A DNA stretch of 64,000 nt from Phoronis australis. Taxonomy: Eukaryota; Animalia; Phoronida. The notes beneath the pieces were generated by a model. It ran no database searches. It saw only the letters and a list, made by a program, of their open reading frames with translations, and was not told the DNA's origin. The stretch is taken from the NCBI GenBank assembly GCA_002633005.1, contig NMRA01000177.1:698059-762058 (forward strand). The letters run 5' to 3'. The position numbers and the translations under genes were made by a program. Shown in pieces: positions 51,796 to 64,000 of the stretch; the first letter of the stretch is position 1; each line of letters starts with the position of its first letter.

Positions 51796-52383
51796 NAGGT
51801 AGGTTCATTTTAGCATAATAAATTGCTTTCAAGTGTTTTGACAACTTAATTTGCATATCATTAGCAATTCAAAATGGCCGCCGCATGACCCAGAGTGAAA
51901 AACATAGCACACTTTGAAACACTGTGGACTAAAAAGTATTTATCCAATCAATTTGAAACTTAGCAAAATGATTTATACCAATGAGCTGCATGTTATGAAC
52001 TAGAGACATTCCATTGGGTGTCTTTGCTCCGGATTTACACACGATATTTGATATTTCTGCTAAAAATATCATTCAACCCTCATTTAAACATAGCTAAAAT
52101 GAAATTGGGTTGGACTTCACTTTCAAACTTAGTTCGTAACATGTAGAATAGTACTGTGAATCTACCCTGAGAATTTCAAGCAGTTATCTTTAATACTTAT
52201 TGAGATATGACGTTTCAAGTCTGCTTTGGTAGGCGAAAAATACAGTATGGCCAAAAATCGCTGTTAAAGTAAGAAAACGACAAACATGCGTATAAAAATG
52301 AACACAACAGCTTGTAACCAAAGAAAGACCAAAGATTATGAGCAGCATTTGACAGTTAATAATAAAATGTCACAATCTATGTG

Positions 52384-53655
52384 TCAGAATCCTCCTGGTA
52401 TGTAATTGTTGTCGCCTCGTTGCCCACGCGCTGCACGCCTCTGCCGAATAACGTCATTACATCCAGCAATGTAGGCATTGTCAAGGCGCATACGGTCAAT
52501 GTTTGCAAGCCCACTGAGAGTCCAGTAGCCAGGTATCAGGTCCAATGTTTCAAAAACATTCACTCCTTCTAATTCACCTTCATTATACACAATCGCTGCA
52601 TCAATTACAGCTTGTTCAAGGCGCTTTCTACCAACGAAGGTAGTTTTGGGGCAACGCTCCCAAACCAGATTGTGGAAGCTTTCGTTGGCGTTCTGTGTGC
52701 CATCGTGAGCGCACTTGTGAAGTAACTCCATGTCAGACAAAGATACAAACACTGGCCTAATTGCTTCACAGACATAATGTGGTAAGGCATTAGCATTGGG
52801 ATCACCGCGTAAAGATTTTGATGGGCACCAGTCACCACAGGCTTGATGATCACGATTGCGATGTCTAAATATTGCCCAGATGGCATTGTACATTGCCTGT
52901 ACATTTCCAGCATTTTCGCGTATGGCAGCGCCATAATGGCCTTGAATTTGCTTAATTCCTTTCTTTGTCAGTTTTCTTACTCCACCAATACCTTTAGTCG
53001 TTCCTCCCCCACGCAGTCGAATCACTTTCTTCTTCAGTTCGCAAACTTTATCGCTTAGTCTTTTCCCCATCCGCTTCTGAATGTGACCAGTGCACTCCAG
53101 TTTACCAATATCAACATTCCCTTGGTAAACAGGAGGATCTGCAGATACAACAGGTTTGAATGACTTACTGTCCCCGTCCCTAAGTACTTTGTATATCGCA
53201 CATTGTAGTTGGGCAGAGATCGACGGAAGATGGCAACAATTCCAGCTGGTTCCATCGCGCCAGCACTACCTTCATGATTTGATTCACAGCCAGTATCCTT
53301 CTCCTTCCAGTCCTGAAAATCTTCCTCACTTTTTCGCTTCTTGTTTGTGCTAAAACTATTGCAGTAGTTGGACAAAGTCTGCACATCAATCACTTTACTG
53401 CCATTTCCGTTCACTGAAAGAACAGTGGCTATTCCGTTCTTGCTCGAAAAACCTCTCCTTTGCCACGTACCGTCACACGATACTGTTAGATCAACTACGT
53501 CATTTGATGAAGAGCCAGGGCTAGCAGTTGCCCTTGCTTCCACAATTGCACTTGAGAATGATCTCTGTGCTACACTTTCTGTTGCTCGTTGAATCTTGTT
53601 TTTGTGCTTGTTCCAAATTGACGGAGTCTGCGCAGGTGACATATTCATGTTTGTG
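52384..53655 (-). mobile_element. DDE transposase pseudogene of the family usually annotated 'Mutator-like transposase'; 5'-truncated, one frameshift
   Basis: VSCDGTWQRRGFSSKNG...NHEGSAGAME...FRRS...RYTKYLG[fs]DGDSKSF...ECTGHIQKRMG...TQNANESFHNLVWERCPK. The D-D-E triad is recognisable, with a frameshift at ~53175. Confidence 0.85.
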
Positions 53656-55268
53656 ATTGTTCTCTGAGAGGTTTAGGACCTGGGCAAGTGTGGCCAACTG
53701 CTTCCTTAACTTGGTGGACGTGAGTAGTTGTGGTTGTTGCGAATCACACTGACTTGCCAGTCGCTTCCCCTGTAAGGGTGCATGGCACTTCCCGGTTTAG
53801 CAAAAAGAAGATTGCCTGTCATTCCGGCAGCACTTCGATGGTCGACAAGGAAGTGCAAGTTGTCCATCATCCCTGTTGTCAGGATGACAGTAGCGTTTCT
53901 TCCTCGCTTTCCAAGGGTTTCTATCCTGACGTGAGTTTAACAGAGTTGCTTTTCAAATGTGGAAAGAGTATTTCCCACCACAGGGTCTAGTGTTCTCTCA
54001 ACAGTTGCCTGCTGAAAAGAAGACAGGGTCATTCGTTCAGACTCGCCTGTTCCTTTTCGATTGAATAGGATAACTTCAGCCAAACAGAGTTTGGCAAGAT
54101 TTCCATACGATTCTACACTTGATGACATGTTGCGGCGTTCCACCTTGATACGTTCTTTAATGTAGCTGCTCAGTTTAACTACGTCATCCACAAGAGGCAG
54201 CAACTGTTGTCTATTGTGCTTTTCGTGGGCTAGGGTGGACAGGGCTTTCGAGGACACAGCGTCTTCCCACCCAATTGAGTAGAGCTTCATGAAGGTATCT
54301 GCCCTCTTTTTCATCACCATGTCATCATTTTGAGAGCATTAAGGCTCTGTAATGAAGCACATTTATCAAGACTGTGGCCAATCTTGAGCGCAAGTGATGG
54401 TGTTGAGTATTTAGATGAAGCAGCCTGAAAACCAGCTACCTCTTTTGTGGCAGCTACCACAAAGTCCTAGTTTTGCTGCTCAAGACAGTCTTCTAGGCTT
54501 CCAATATTTGGAGACATCGTGCGAGCTTTTATTAGGAGACAGCCAAGCTCTCTCAACTTCTGCGATATGTAATTTATGCGTTGGCTGTGATGGCCGTGTT
54601 TGTCAAAATGAGAACCACAAGTTGTCTTTCTCGACAACACTTCGCATGCTGTCATTCTTCATTCACAAAATTACTCTCGTACAATTCTTTACGCACACAT
54701 TTTTTCATGGGCAGCAGCATCTGACCACTTGCTACAGCTCCACCTGGTTTCTGTTTGTCTGTTGAAGCATGTTTACAACGACGCTGGTGCTTCCATAGAT
54801 GCTTGTATACATTCCCTTGCAGAACTGACAGGGGACAAATTTTCCACCACTTTCAGTGATTTTTCCAGTTGACCTATACTTCAGAGTGATATTACCCTTT
54901 CCTTTTTCTAGTACATCATAATTATGGTGGTAGTCGCCTTTTTTCACTACCACATCCCAAAGGCGCTTCCTTTCTTTTGACAGCTTTGGCAGTGCAAATA
55001 TTTTCACCACTTGCGGATCATCTTTATGCATTATTGGTATGTGTCTTGCAATGTTGGGATACAGCTTTTCGCAAAAAAGACAAGCATGTCTTTTCTTGCC
55101 CTTCGTGCTAGTTGACTCCACAACAATTACTCGTGGTGAATTGAGCACTGGGATGATGTTGCTGGTCTCGCTGCCCTCGCTGTAGCTGTCTTCGACTCTT
55201 TCTTCTTTTGAGGCATGGTCTTCTGTCTCATTGTCATCGCTTTCAGTTGATTCAGAATCACTGCTCAC
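53655..55268 (-). pseudogene. Tyrosine-recombinase-like large-element protein pseudogene (Zn-finger N-terminus, FNRK..GE, GKRGR, TKLRK motifs)
   Basis: Fragments in order: HACLFCEK..IARH..MH...GDYHHN...PCQFCKG; SQKLRELG; TPSLALKIGHSL; LPLVDDVVKL..LAKLCLAEVILFNRKGTGE; *THVRIETLGKRGR; LTSTKLRKQLATLAQVLNLSE. There are several stops and frameshifts, and it is truncated before the expected final GH..H..Y motif. Confidence 0.65.
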
Positions 55269-57240
55269 TGTATATTCGGTACCAGAACTTTCTGAAAAAG
55301 AAAACTTTCAAAAGAAATACAATTAAAGTTGATTGGCAAATAGGAATTTTCCATTGTGTTTGGTCGAGGTTTTCCGTCTTTAACCCAAGGTTGGTGATCA
55401 TGAATAGACCCGCATGCATCGTATGCATGTTCTTGCCCTTGCGCCAAAACCCATTGCAATTCTACCCACAAATGGTCTATTCCAATTAATTGTAATAGAT
55501 TTAGGTTACTGTGCATTGTGTAAAATGAACATCTAAGATGTCCAGAATACGGCTATGTGAAAAATTATTCACTGTTCATGGAATGCTGGTAATTCACTAT
55601 TCTTTGGACAAAGTTTGAACGAACAAATCAGTTCCATTTTGGTTTTAATTAAATGCCATAGTGGCCAATCCATAATTATTCATATAACTTGTCCCTATGG
55701 TCAAAGTCATGGTAGTTCCAGCATCCCTACTTACTACTGTTTGGTAATAACATTAAAGCAATGAAAACTCCAAGAAGCCGGGAATCCCGATGAATAGTGC
55801 TGAATGTTTTGTATTGCTATCGAACTTTTCACATGTTGCTGTGAAATGATTCTTGTGGGTTATCAATTCAAGTGATGACTCACACGATTGTTTTTTCATT
55901 TCATAGTACACATTTTATGCGCCAACACTTCTCATCTTAATAGGAACAATTTGAGATCAATTTTATGGCAATACTGGTCTAAATCAAAAGTTAGTTTCTT
56001 TGATGGAAAGCAGGTTTATTGCCGCTTTATGAATCAACAATTTACCGCAGTGTTCTCCACCATCTGGCACTACTGGTGCTTCTCGTTCACTACTAGCCTG
56101 GTCGCAACTTTTCTCCTGAAAGCCACAAAATACTTGACTACCTCGTGTGTCATTCAAAAGCGCATTGCATTATCAATGAAATACGAGTAATTTTTGACCA
56201 ACAGCAGATTGCCAATAATGCTTCTTCATGAAAAAATTGTTGTTGCAAATGAAGAAACTGCAATTCAGGTTATTTACTTTAATTGTGCAGACTATATATC
56301 TATATCTATATATATGGTGTCCCACACTTTGAAGGGCTATTTTTCCCAAGTTTATTATTATAGAGCATTGATAATGTAATGTTATATTAATATTTGGTGA
56401 CAATTTCATTGCGACATGTTTTATATTTTTGATGGGAAAATTTTTTTAATAACTTGTATAATATAGCTGCATTTGCCGATATGACCATCTAGAAAGGAAC
56501 CTGTCACATGGGCGGCCTGAGTATTCTACTAAAATTGTTCCGGGGGGGNNNNNNNNGAGATGGTTACCTAATCCGTTATCAAAGAAAGACATGACATTGG
56601 TGTGTATGTGCGTGAGAGTACTTTTGTGTGCTCTTACATGATTGAGCGTGCACTTAGGCTCATTAACTTTGCGTCCAGAACTTAAGACTGACCTTTCAAT
56701 GTTGTCAACAATATTTAGTGTAAACATTGTAAAAACTGAGGTCTTCAGGGTCGACTTGTGCATGTATTGTTCTCCGAAGAATTCGGGTTAGATTGTATTT
56801 CCATTCACTTTGACTACGAGCATTTAAATCCGGTGTTGGTTCGAAATGTATTGTGAATAACTGTATTGCATTGGTTGCACTGTAGGAATGTAAACAATAG
56901 TTACACTGATACATGTTGAATTTGTTACCTCCGTGACCAAGAAACATTTGAACAAAATTTTACTATTGTCATGTTGCTAAAGACAGTGGACTCTGGAAAA
57001 TAACGATATTCATAATAAAGAGAGAATGTTATTTCGTTCACCTTTTGCCTAGTTGTCATCATGAGAGATTGAAAAACGAGACAACCAGACTGAAAAGTGG
57101 AACATCCGGATATATAGCGGGACATCTGGGCCTATGCCAAAAGGCAGGGTGAAATGAATGCCGCAACACACAAAACCTTTCGACATCGTCTTTTTTCAAA
57201 TGGGAAAATGCAGGTACAGCAAAAGTCCCTTTTTTCTTTT

Positions 57241-57850
57241 GGGAAATGGCTCGGAGCAATTACTGATTCGTTGTCTCGTTTTAGAATTCACCGCACAGTA
57301 CCACCAATTGGTCCACTGTGACCACCTGCCATACATTTAATTATTAGAAGAGGGCAACAAGCTTTCGTTCTATGTAAAAAAGACAATATTTTGTGACATA
57401 AATCGTTCATCAGCCTTATGAACATTCGACCATGCAGTGCTACGTGTGCATGTAGCACTGGGAAAATCCGCATTGATAAAAGCAGCTATAATGTGTTGAA
57501 GTAGTGAGCTACAGATAGTTGTATTCACCAGGAACCAGGAATCAACATTCTAATTTGGAAAGGAATGTGTACTTGCCGCCAGGAAATACGTGCCCTTTAA
57601 ACAGCGAGGACTTTATTAGTGAGGGGTCTAATCCGCACGTGCTTTGCATTGCTACAAGTGGAAAGTTGAATTGCCAAGTATCTGGCGTTCGCCTTTCCCT
57701 GAAATAGTAGAAGGAGATCGTGTAAAAGAGAACTGTAGGTGATGTAAAGCAATAGCACGTCGCTATTCCAATCCAAAGAAGCTATCTCATGCCAGTCAGG
57801 TTTCGCCTCCAATGAAATTCCGTAGTCGCTATACTGCAGCATTAAGTGAA
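57241..57850 (-). pseudogene. Decayed extracellular-domain fragments (TSP1 repeat plus possible F5/8-C discoidin)
   Basis: 57333-57241 reads YGRWSQWTNWWYCAVNSKTRQRISNCSEPFP (TSP1 WxxWxxW..C...R.R..C..P). ORF 57597..57842 reads LQYSDYGIS...LFQG...AKHVRIRP, loosely discoidin-like. Stops flank both fragments. Confidence 0.4.
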
Positions 57851-58217
57851 TTTCATGTTTTCTTGAACAGCGTTGTTATTTACATGTAGGTCTTCATACT
57901 TTAGTGTACCCATCTACTTTGTACGAATACAGCCGTCTCAAAACAAGAAACAGAATGCATTATAAATTTATGTGGCTCAATCGAAAGTTAGGTAGTCGAG
58001 ATCACAGAAGGTTTGAATAACTGTTTTAATAGTAGCGCTTTTGATTTTTAAAACGCAGCTCACTGCCTAGCAACAGTATAACTTGTACTTTTGATTTCTG
58101 TCAGTAATGAATATTCTTTTTTATAATTGCTATATCTGCCTGCATAAAATGGTTTTGATCTGCATGCAGTAATCGTACCACTTCATGTATTATTCGTAAC
58201 ATTAATTAAACGGTTAA

Positions 58218-59916
58218 AGGAGAATTTCACCTAAAAACAACCTATTTTGTATCAATTTAGATCGAGTAATTCTACTCGATAACGTCACGTTCGGTTGCGT
58301 TACCTGATACCTGACGGCAGACGGAGGTGCTGAAATTATCCAATGACGTCATTGGTTTCAGTCTGTTCAGCAGTTCACAACTTGGGTTACTGGTGTCAGC
58401 TTATCGCATGAATTCATCGTTTAACACCAATAAATCACCAGACTTCGATGTAAAACCCTTAAAAATACACCGAGTTCTTATAAAAACGTGTTGTTTTATT
58501 TCGCTGTTATGTATTTATTGGTGTTTGGACATACCGTAGGCTACAAAGTTCGGCAGGCCAATTTACCAGGCCGTAGCAGGAGTTTGGGGTCTGTTCGGAG
58601 ATAAATTCGAAGTATTCTTCCTTGAAATACAGACAGGAGAACCTTGATCTGTGTTGTTTAGACTTGTGATTTTTTGAGTTCTAAACTCACAACACGCTCG
58701 TTATCCCAGCCAGTGGCTCGGAACCCGATCAGGCCCGTCGTGGCCGGACTGACTAGTTATCCCGGCCAGCCGCTCGGAACCCGATCAGGCCTGTCGCGGC
58801 CGCCCGGACTGGCACGAACATAAAACAGCTTGAGTTGGAAACTAAACCTCCAGTCATTAAAAGACTATAATACTGAGCCAAAGAAATAATGTGCACGTTA
58901 TCATTTATGGGAATTCATGTAGCCACGAAACTGAAAATCTATACTTACTTGTCGGGGGCCGCGAAGTCGGGTTCTCCTTTCACAGACCGTCAGGGCAAAG
59001 GTTGTACAGAAACAATGCTTTGAATAATGTATTTGTATTTCTAAATAAAGATTCCCCTAACATGTGACCATATCATATAAAATCGAGTAATTGTTTCACA
59101 ACAGCTTTCTGTCAACAAACACTGAATGAGCTTGCGCTCACACGGCCTCGGGTGCCCGGTCAATTACCTTCATTGCCGGCATCAAAAGCCGGTAACGCAG
59201 TAGTTTCTTCATTGCAGGCTTCTCAACACGAATACGGCAAAGGCATTACGAATTGTATCTAATGAGACATACTTTGTTTCAGTTTTATATAAGCAGTGGT
59301 TAGGATGACACTAATTCATTTTGAAACAGAACGCAGAATAATAAACGTCTACATGGCAAATCGCCCAGCGCAAATCCCGACTTGGTCAAGAGCTCATCCG
59401 ACAAACACTGGTCGGATCGTTAGTTTTAACAGGCTATAAGTTCGAACCGGAATACACTGATCAAGAAATACATGTACTAGACAGTCGCCGTGAACATGCA
59501 CAGGCAACGGAACGTATGGATAGATCTTTGGTAAGCCGGAATTCGTCAGAGAAATCACTGTCGACGAAGTGCCGGCCACAGACACGGAGATGTTTCACGG
59601 CCTCGTACTTGCTATTAACAGCGTACCTTTTATTCTTCAATACCGCGAGCCACTTCCTAAGCATTTCGAGGAAGTCGTCAAACGATATACCCGCTTTCTT
59701 CGCAGCTTCATACTGTAGTTCGGACAAGCGGGAGCGATGCGCCGCAATATAGCGGCATTCACTCTGCAGACGAACCACTGACGTCGCTGCGTCGTTTTTC
59801 ACCTTCCTCTCAGGTTAACGCTACATCTCTCGGCAAGGTGAGGTCGACCGTATCAGAGGCGATGTGGATATATTAAGACGGTAAAAAAGACTAATTAAAT
59901 CTGGTGGCATTCTCCT
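58218..59916 (-). mobile_element. Kolobok-like DNA transposon derivative with THAP-domain remnant
   Basis: TTAA|AGGAGAATTTCACC ... GGTGGCATTCTCCT|TTAA (14-bp imperfect TIR, TTAA TSD). Minus-strand ORF 59461..59802 contains LRKWLAVL...LRVCGRHFVDSDF (THAP W...CxxHF). There is an internal ~57-bp tandem duplication at ~58700-58812. Confidence 0.78.
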
Positions 59917-61582
59917 TTAAAGAAGCCCTGACCAGACGTTACGTTATATATTCACATGGGGTTGAAATAACCACTGCAGAATTGATTTCCATGAATACCC
60001 TTTCTTCCAGATTTTTGCAACAGCCCAGTCTCTGCGTCATTTACCAATAACACTGTAAAGTTGATGAAGAGCTACTGTAACTACTTTGGAATTTGAAAAA
60101 CGCACATTTTCGAAATTAGCTGTTGAACACGATGACATAGCACAATGTAAGAAACAACCTACCATTTCGTCAGGTGATCTTTGTTTGACCGCGGCAAAGT
60201 CGAGTAGCATGGTTGAGACAGCTGCGCTTTTGAAAGTTGAACATTGACGCGTCTGAGATGTCCTTCTGCTTACCCAAATGTCTGCAATACTAAAGGGGAA
60301 AGTTGGATTTTTGGTGATATCTGCTAGAAATCCCAGGTTAACTTAGAGATATCTCTCACTTATAATTTATGTTCCCAGGAAACTTGGCGACGACCTGATT
60401 AGCGATATGGTCTAATCTGAACTTCGTGACCACTTTGGAGGGGGGTGGGTGGACAGTTGGGGGAAACTCAAATCAGCTTGTGCCACCTGCAATATTATTT
60501 ACTTTTCTACGGGCTTGTTTTCAACATATTTCAACATATTTCTGTTCAACACTGAAGTCGGGAAGTCCAACCACGGAGTTTCCTGCAAATTGTTTCAGCA
60601 TTTTCCTTCATTGAGCCAGTGCATTGACACTTAGCAGAGAATTTTTTCTGCCTACTGGTATGGCAAAATTTGCTATGGTTTTTAAGTATCGTTGATTCAG
60701 AAGGTTAAAAACGCTATACAAGAATGGACCGATTCCAAGGGTAATTTCATATGAACCGAGTGAGAACAATGTTGCAGCAAAACGACAAAATTGCTGTTCT
60801 TCGGAGATTAACATGTTCTTACCTTCACTGAAGCACTGGGACTCTGTATTCGCTTTGTTGTCAGAGATTCGTGGTTTCAGTAGGCTGGTCGATCAGATCG
60901 CGAATAGCTACATGTGACGTGCAGGAAGCTTGCTATAATTCACGGCGTAGTCGTTGACATTACACCAAAATGGAAGTTATCGTTCCTCGCTTCAGCCAGT
61001 TAGAGGACAGAAGCGTCAGTGGACGTGTATCAACGATGGCTATAGACTGGGAAACACTACTGACTAAATAACAAAACGAAACTTAGCTTTACCTTAACGT
61101 TCCAGGTTTCCACCAACGCGCATGCGTAGATGCGTAATCGGAATGTTGCATCACCGAACCGTGTACAAGCAGTCCATAGAAGGTTTGGAAAGAATTCTCG
61201 CTCGTTAGCAGCAACGTACATACACACATGCTCGGTCATCCAAACGAAGTTCACAGCGCACACGTTAAACACACGAGCACACGTTCATGAACATTCGATG
61301 TACACGTCACAGTATAAGTAGAAAATCATGAGTGTGTTATGAGATTGAAAGAAATGTCATAGATCAAATAACCAAAAAAAAATTAACTGTTGCATACATC
61401 TACGGGTATTAACGCAATTATGTATCGGGTGTAAGTCGTGTAGATGTGCCGTACATGGAGTGTAAAGAAAACGCGACGTTATTCAGTTACTCGGGCTGTT
61501 GTTTCATTGCCAATCAAATGACATGATGGTTAAACTACAGGAGGGCATTTATTATATCTCCACAAGAAGACTGGTGACTTAC

Positions 61583-62924
61583 TTGAACACTTTTCCACGA
61601 CACAAACTGATATGTCCATGTCGTTTTCCTCACAACCGACACCTCCAAATGCTGGGGCTGGGTTCGTGCAGGTTCGAGTTCTGTTTCGAAATGAAAAACC
61701 GCATTCCGACGAGCAATTCGACCACTGCGACCATAAAGTCCAGTTTCCATTGATGGGGCACGGGTAAGTATTGCAGACGATAAGTTCAGAACTGTTTCCT
61801 TGGCAGTACAGCCCCCCATGTGAAGGTGAAGGACTCGAGCAATTCCTTGATCTGTTATATGACCCTCCGCCGCAAGAGACACTGCATGACGTCACATTTA
61901 TCCAGTCGGACCAATGACCGTTCACTGGACAATGCGAAGTATTGCATGTGATCGTCTCCTGTGCGCTGCCTACGCAATCACGGCCGCCATTCATGGGATA
62001 AGGGTTCGTGCAGTTCCGCTTTCTAATTCGTGAACCTCCAGCACAGGTAAGTGAACACGCCGCCCAGTTCGACCAAGCTGTCCAACTCCCATCAACTGTT
62101 TTGAGGATAAGTCAAAGTAAAAACGAAATTCTCTAACGAACGCTGCAAGTGTCTGATTCTAGGTTTTACTGTCCGTGTTCGAAATGGGCGGTGCAGCACT
62201 GAAAAAGTGGGGGCTATAGCCCCCAGCCCCATTGTGGTGCACCAGTATGGAACCATGGGTGGCGCAGGTCTGAAAAAAGTGGAGCTACAACTCCTAGCCC
62301 CTTATGGTGCACCACTCATGCTTTTCACCCTAATTTCGTCTATCTACCTGTTGCTGCTCAATTATACTACGCTAAGCGCCGATTTAGCAGCATTTGTAAA
62401 GTTTAATCACACATGTTCACATATGCTGTGCGTTGACGAAAGTAACCGAGTGCTAAGTTCTTTCAAATATCTTGATGTTGTAGTCATAGAAATATATATT
62501 TACATGAACAGTGTCCCGTTACGTACACCGTGTCTCATGCAACACTAAAAACACGCGGGAAAGGTTTTCCTTCCTGGGTCTACATGTATTGCGTGTACCA
62601 GTAATGAAATGACGCAAGCACAAACCCCACCCCTGAATTCGAGGCTCACCACACACAATGAAATTCTGGTTCTTTGATGTTATGTTTTGTTTTTTCATCG
62701 TGTGACCATTCTCGTTCATCAACAATATATCTACTGTATTGGAAAAATATGCCTACCGATTGGACAGTCCTTGTAAGATACTGGCGGTCCGAGGCAGTGC
62801 CGACCTGTTTGTGGCACCGGGTTCGTACAGTTTCGACTCCGAATTCGGGTAGTGTCGGTCGGCACAGTGCAACTCGACCAGGCTCCCCAGTGCGACCAAC
62901 CACCATATTTACTTCTTGGAGCAT
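61583..62924 (-). CDS. Thrombospondin type-1 repeat protein (hemicentin/coadhesin-like), internal exons
   Basis: Phase 1-1 exons 62924-62757 (YGGWSHWGAWSSC..RIRSRNCTNPVP..GRHCLG..C, 1 TSP1) and 62095-61583 (513 nt, 3 TSP1: DGSWTAWSNWAACSLTCAGG.., NGHWSDW.., NGNWTLWSQWSNCS..), with canonical AG/GT ends and open frames. Confidence 0.85.
62185..62320. repeat. Two tandem short non-autonomous transposon-like repeats in the TSP1-gene intron
   Basis: atgggcggtgcagcactgaaaaagtggggg.. and catgggtggcgcaggtctgaaaaaagtgg..; same family as 8165-8236. Confidence 0.5.
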
Positions 62925-64000
62925 CTACAACAGCGAATGCGTGTAGGTAAGTTACAGCAAAAGTTACTAGGTCCATTAACAACCTCTTTATAACATGTCA
63001 AGTTTATTATTCCACCAGTCTGTTTACATATATCCGTTTCGTTCCATCTGTGACATATTAGGTCGGCGGTTCTGGTACTAATTCTTAGGTGGCAATTCAA
63101 AGTACAACAATTTCTGTTTGCAAATTGTACTCTCACTCCTTCATAAACGATACTTTTCAAAAGCTTAACTGGCATTGACACTACAAGTTACATTTACTTG
63201 AAGACTGTGGCGTACACTCGGAGGATCGCGATTCCCGCCCCACTAATGCGACCGTACCAGGAAAGAAATATAATTGCGTTACAGTCTACGAGTTGCACCG
63301 TGAGGCTTCTGAAATTAAAGTGGTCGGGGCCGGCCGGCGGTTGGTCGGGAGTTGGCGGCGATAAATTTTGGTGCAGTCTAAGAACTAAACTGGCATAACG
63401 GTCGACAGTGTAACTGGTTTGCACAGAGGGTGGAATTGGTGACTAACACAGTTTGGTNGGCATTTTACTCAAAGGTTTGTGGAAATCTCAGGAATTTCCA
63501 CCTATTCGAAAAATGAGGCGAGGTTTTTTGGGTCGGTCTATCACCACCAAACGCGATATGATTATCTCCAATCAGTTAAATCAATTTAGGATATTTTCAT
63601 ATACATAGTTACTCAAAAAAGCATATACCTAAATTAGTAAATCTCATTCAAAATAACATTACAAGAACAATGAACTGGAGGTCAACATCATGCGGGTCTC
63701 GGACCTGATGCCACCTGCTTGGGTACTGTTGTCTGGATGAGCAAGGGTCAGCTTCTGTTGTTACATAATATGTCAACACAACTAACTAGATGGACACAAA
63801 TCTTAAAAATAGACATTGGTTTATAGGACATGTTCCTCAAGACAGTCATTATGCCTGGACCTGTTTTAAAGTATAGTGCAACAAGGGCTTCACCTTATTG
63901 TGATACAACAAGTAAAACCTGACTTTTTATTTCATTCTACTGGAAACCATAAATGACCTAAATTAATTTAATTGGTTTAGTTTATGTGACAATCAAGTTC

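Noticed and set aside
50666-52929. Direct repeat of the transposase 3' half, resembling long terminal direct repeats
   Set aside because: It is joined at a single N (51796) like the other three cases, so it cannot be taken as a real repeat structure without long reads. It is somewhat more divergent than the other pairs.

Overview
This is AT-rich, intron-containing animal genomic DNA, probably from a marine invertebrate, in a draft assembly with an 881-N gap and several single-N joins. It is not prokaryotic, and most ORF-track entries are spurious. Four spliced genes can be rebuilt by hand from splice sites and reading phase: (1) a 3-exon C22orf15/CXorf65-family gene (9377-13241, +); (2) a 2-exon, signal-peptide-bearing Zn-dependent AID/APOBEC-like deaminase (19704-22446, +; HAE...LSPCERC; SNAD-like), which is the main highlight, with two possible heavily decayed paralogues at about 2.7-3.3 kb and 4.5-4.9 kb; (3) a complete 12-exon TRIP4/ASC-1 gene (26574-42336, +); (4) part of a thrombospondin type-1 (TSP1) repeat gene (61583-62924, -). 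The rest is transposon debris: two TTAA-flanked THAP-bearing Kolobok-like elements (one a fold-back nested in a TG..CA element), an internally deleted Harbinger, a DDE (Mutator-like family) transposase pseudogene joined to a tyrosine-recombinase-like pseudogene, Penelope GIY-YIG and LINE remnants, Helentron-like repeats, MITEs and minisatellites. All family assignments rest on motif recognition by eye; no database search was run.
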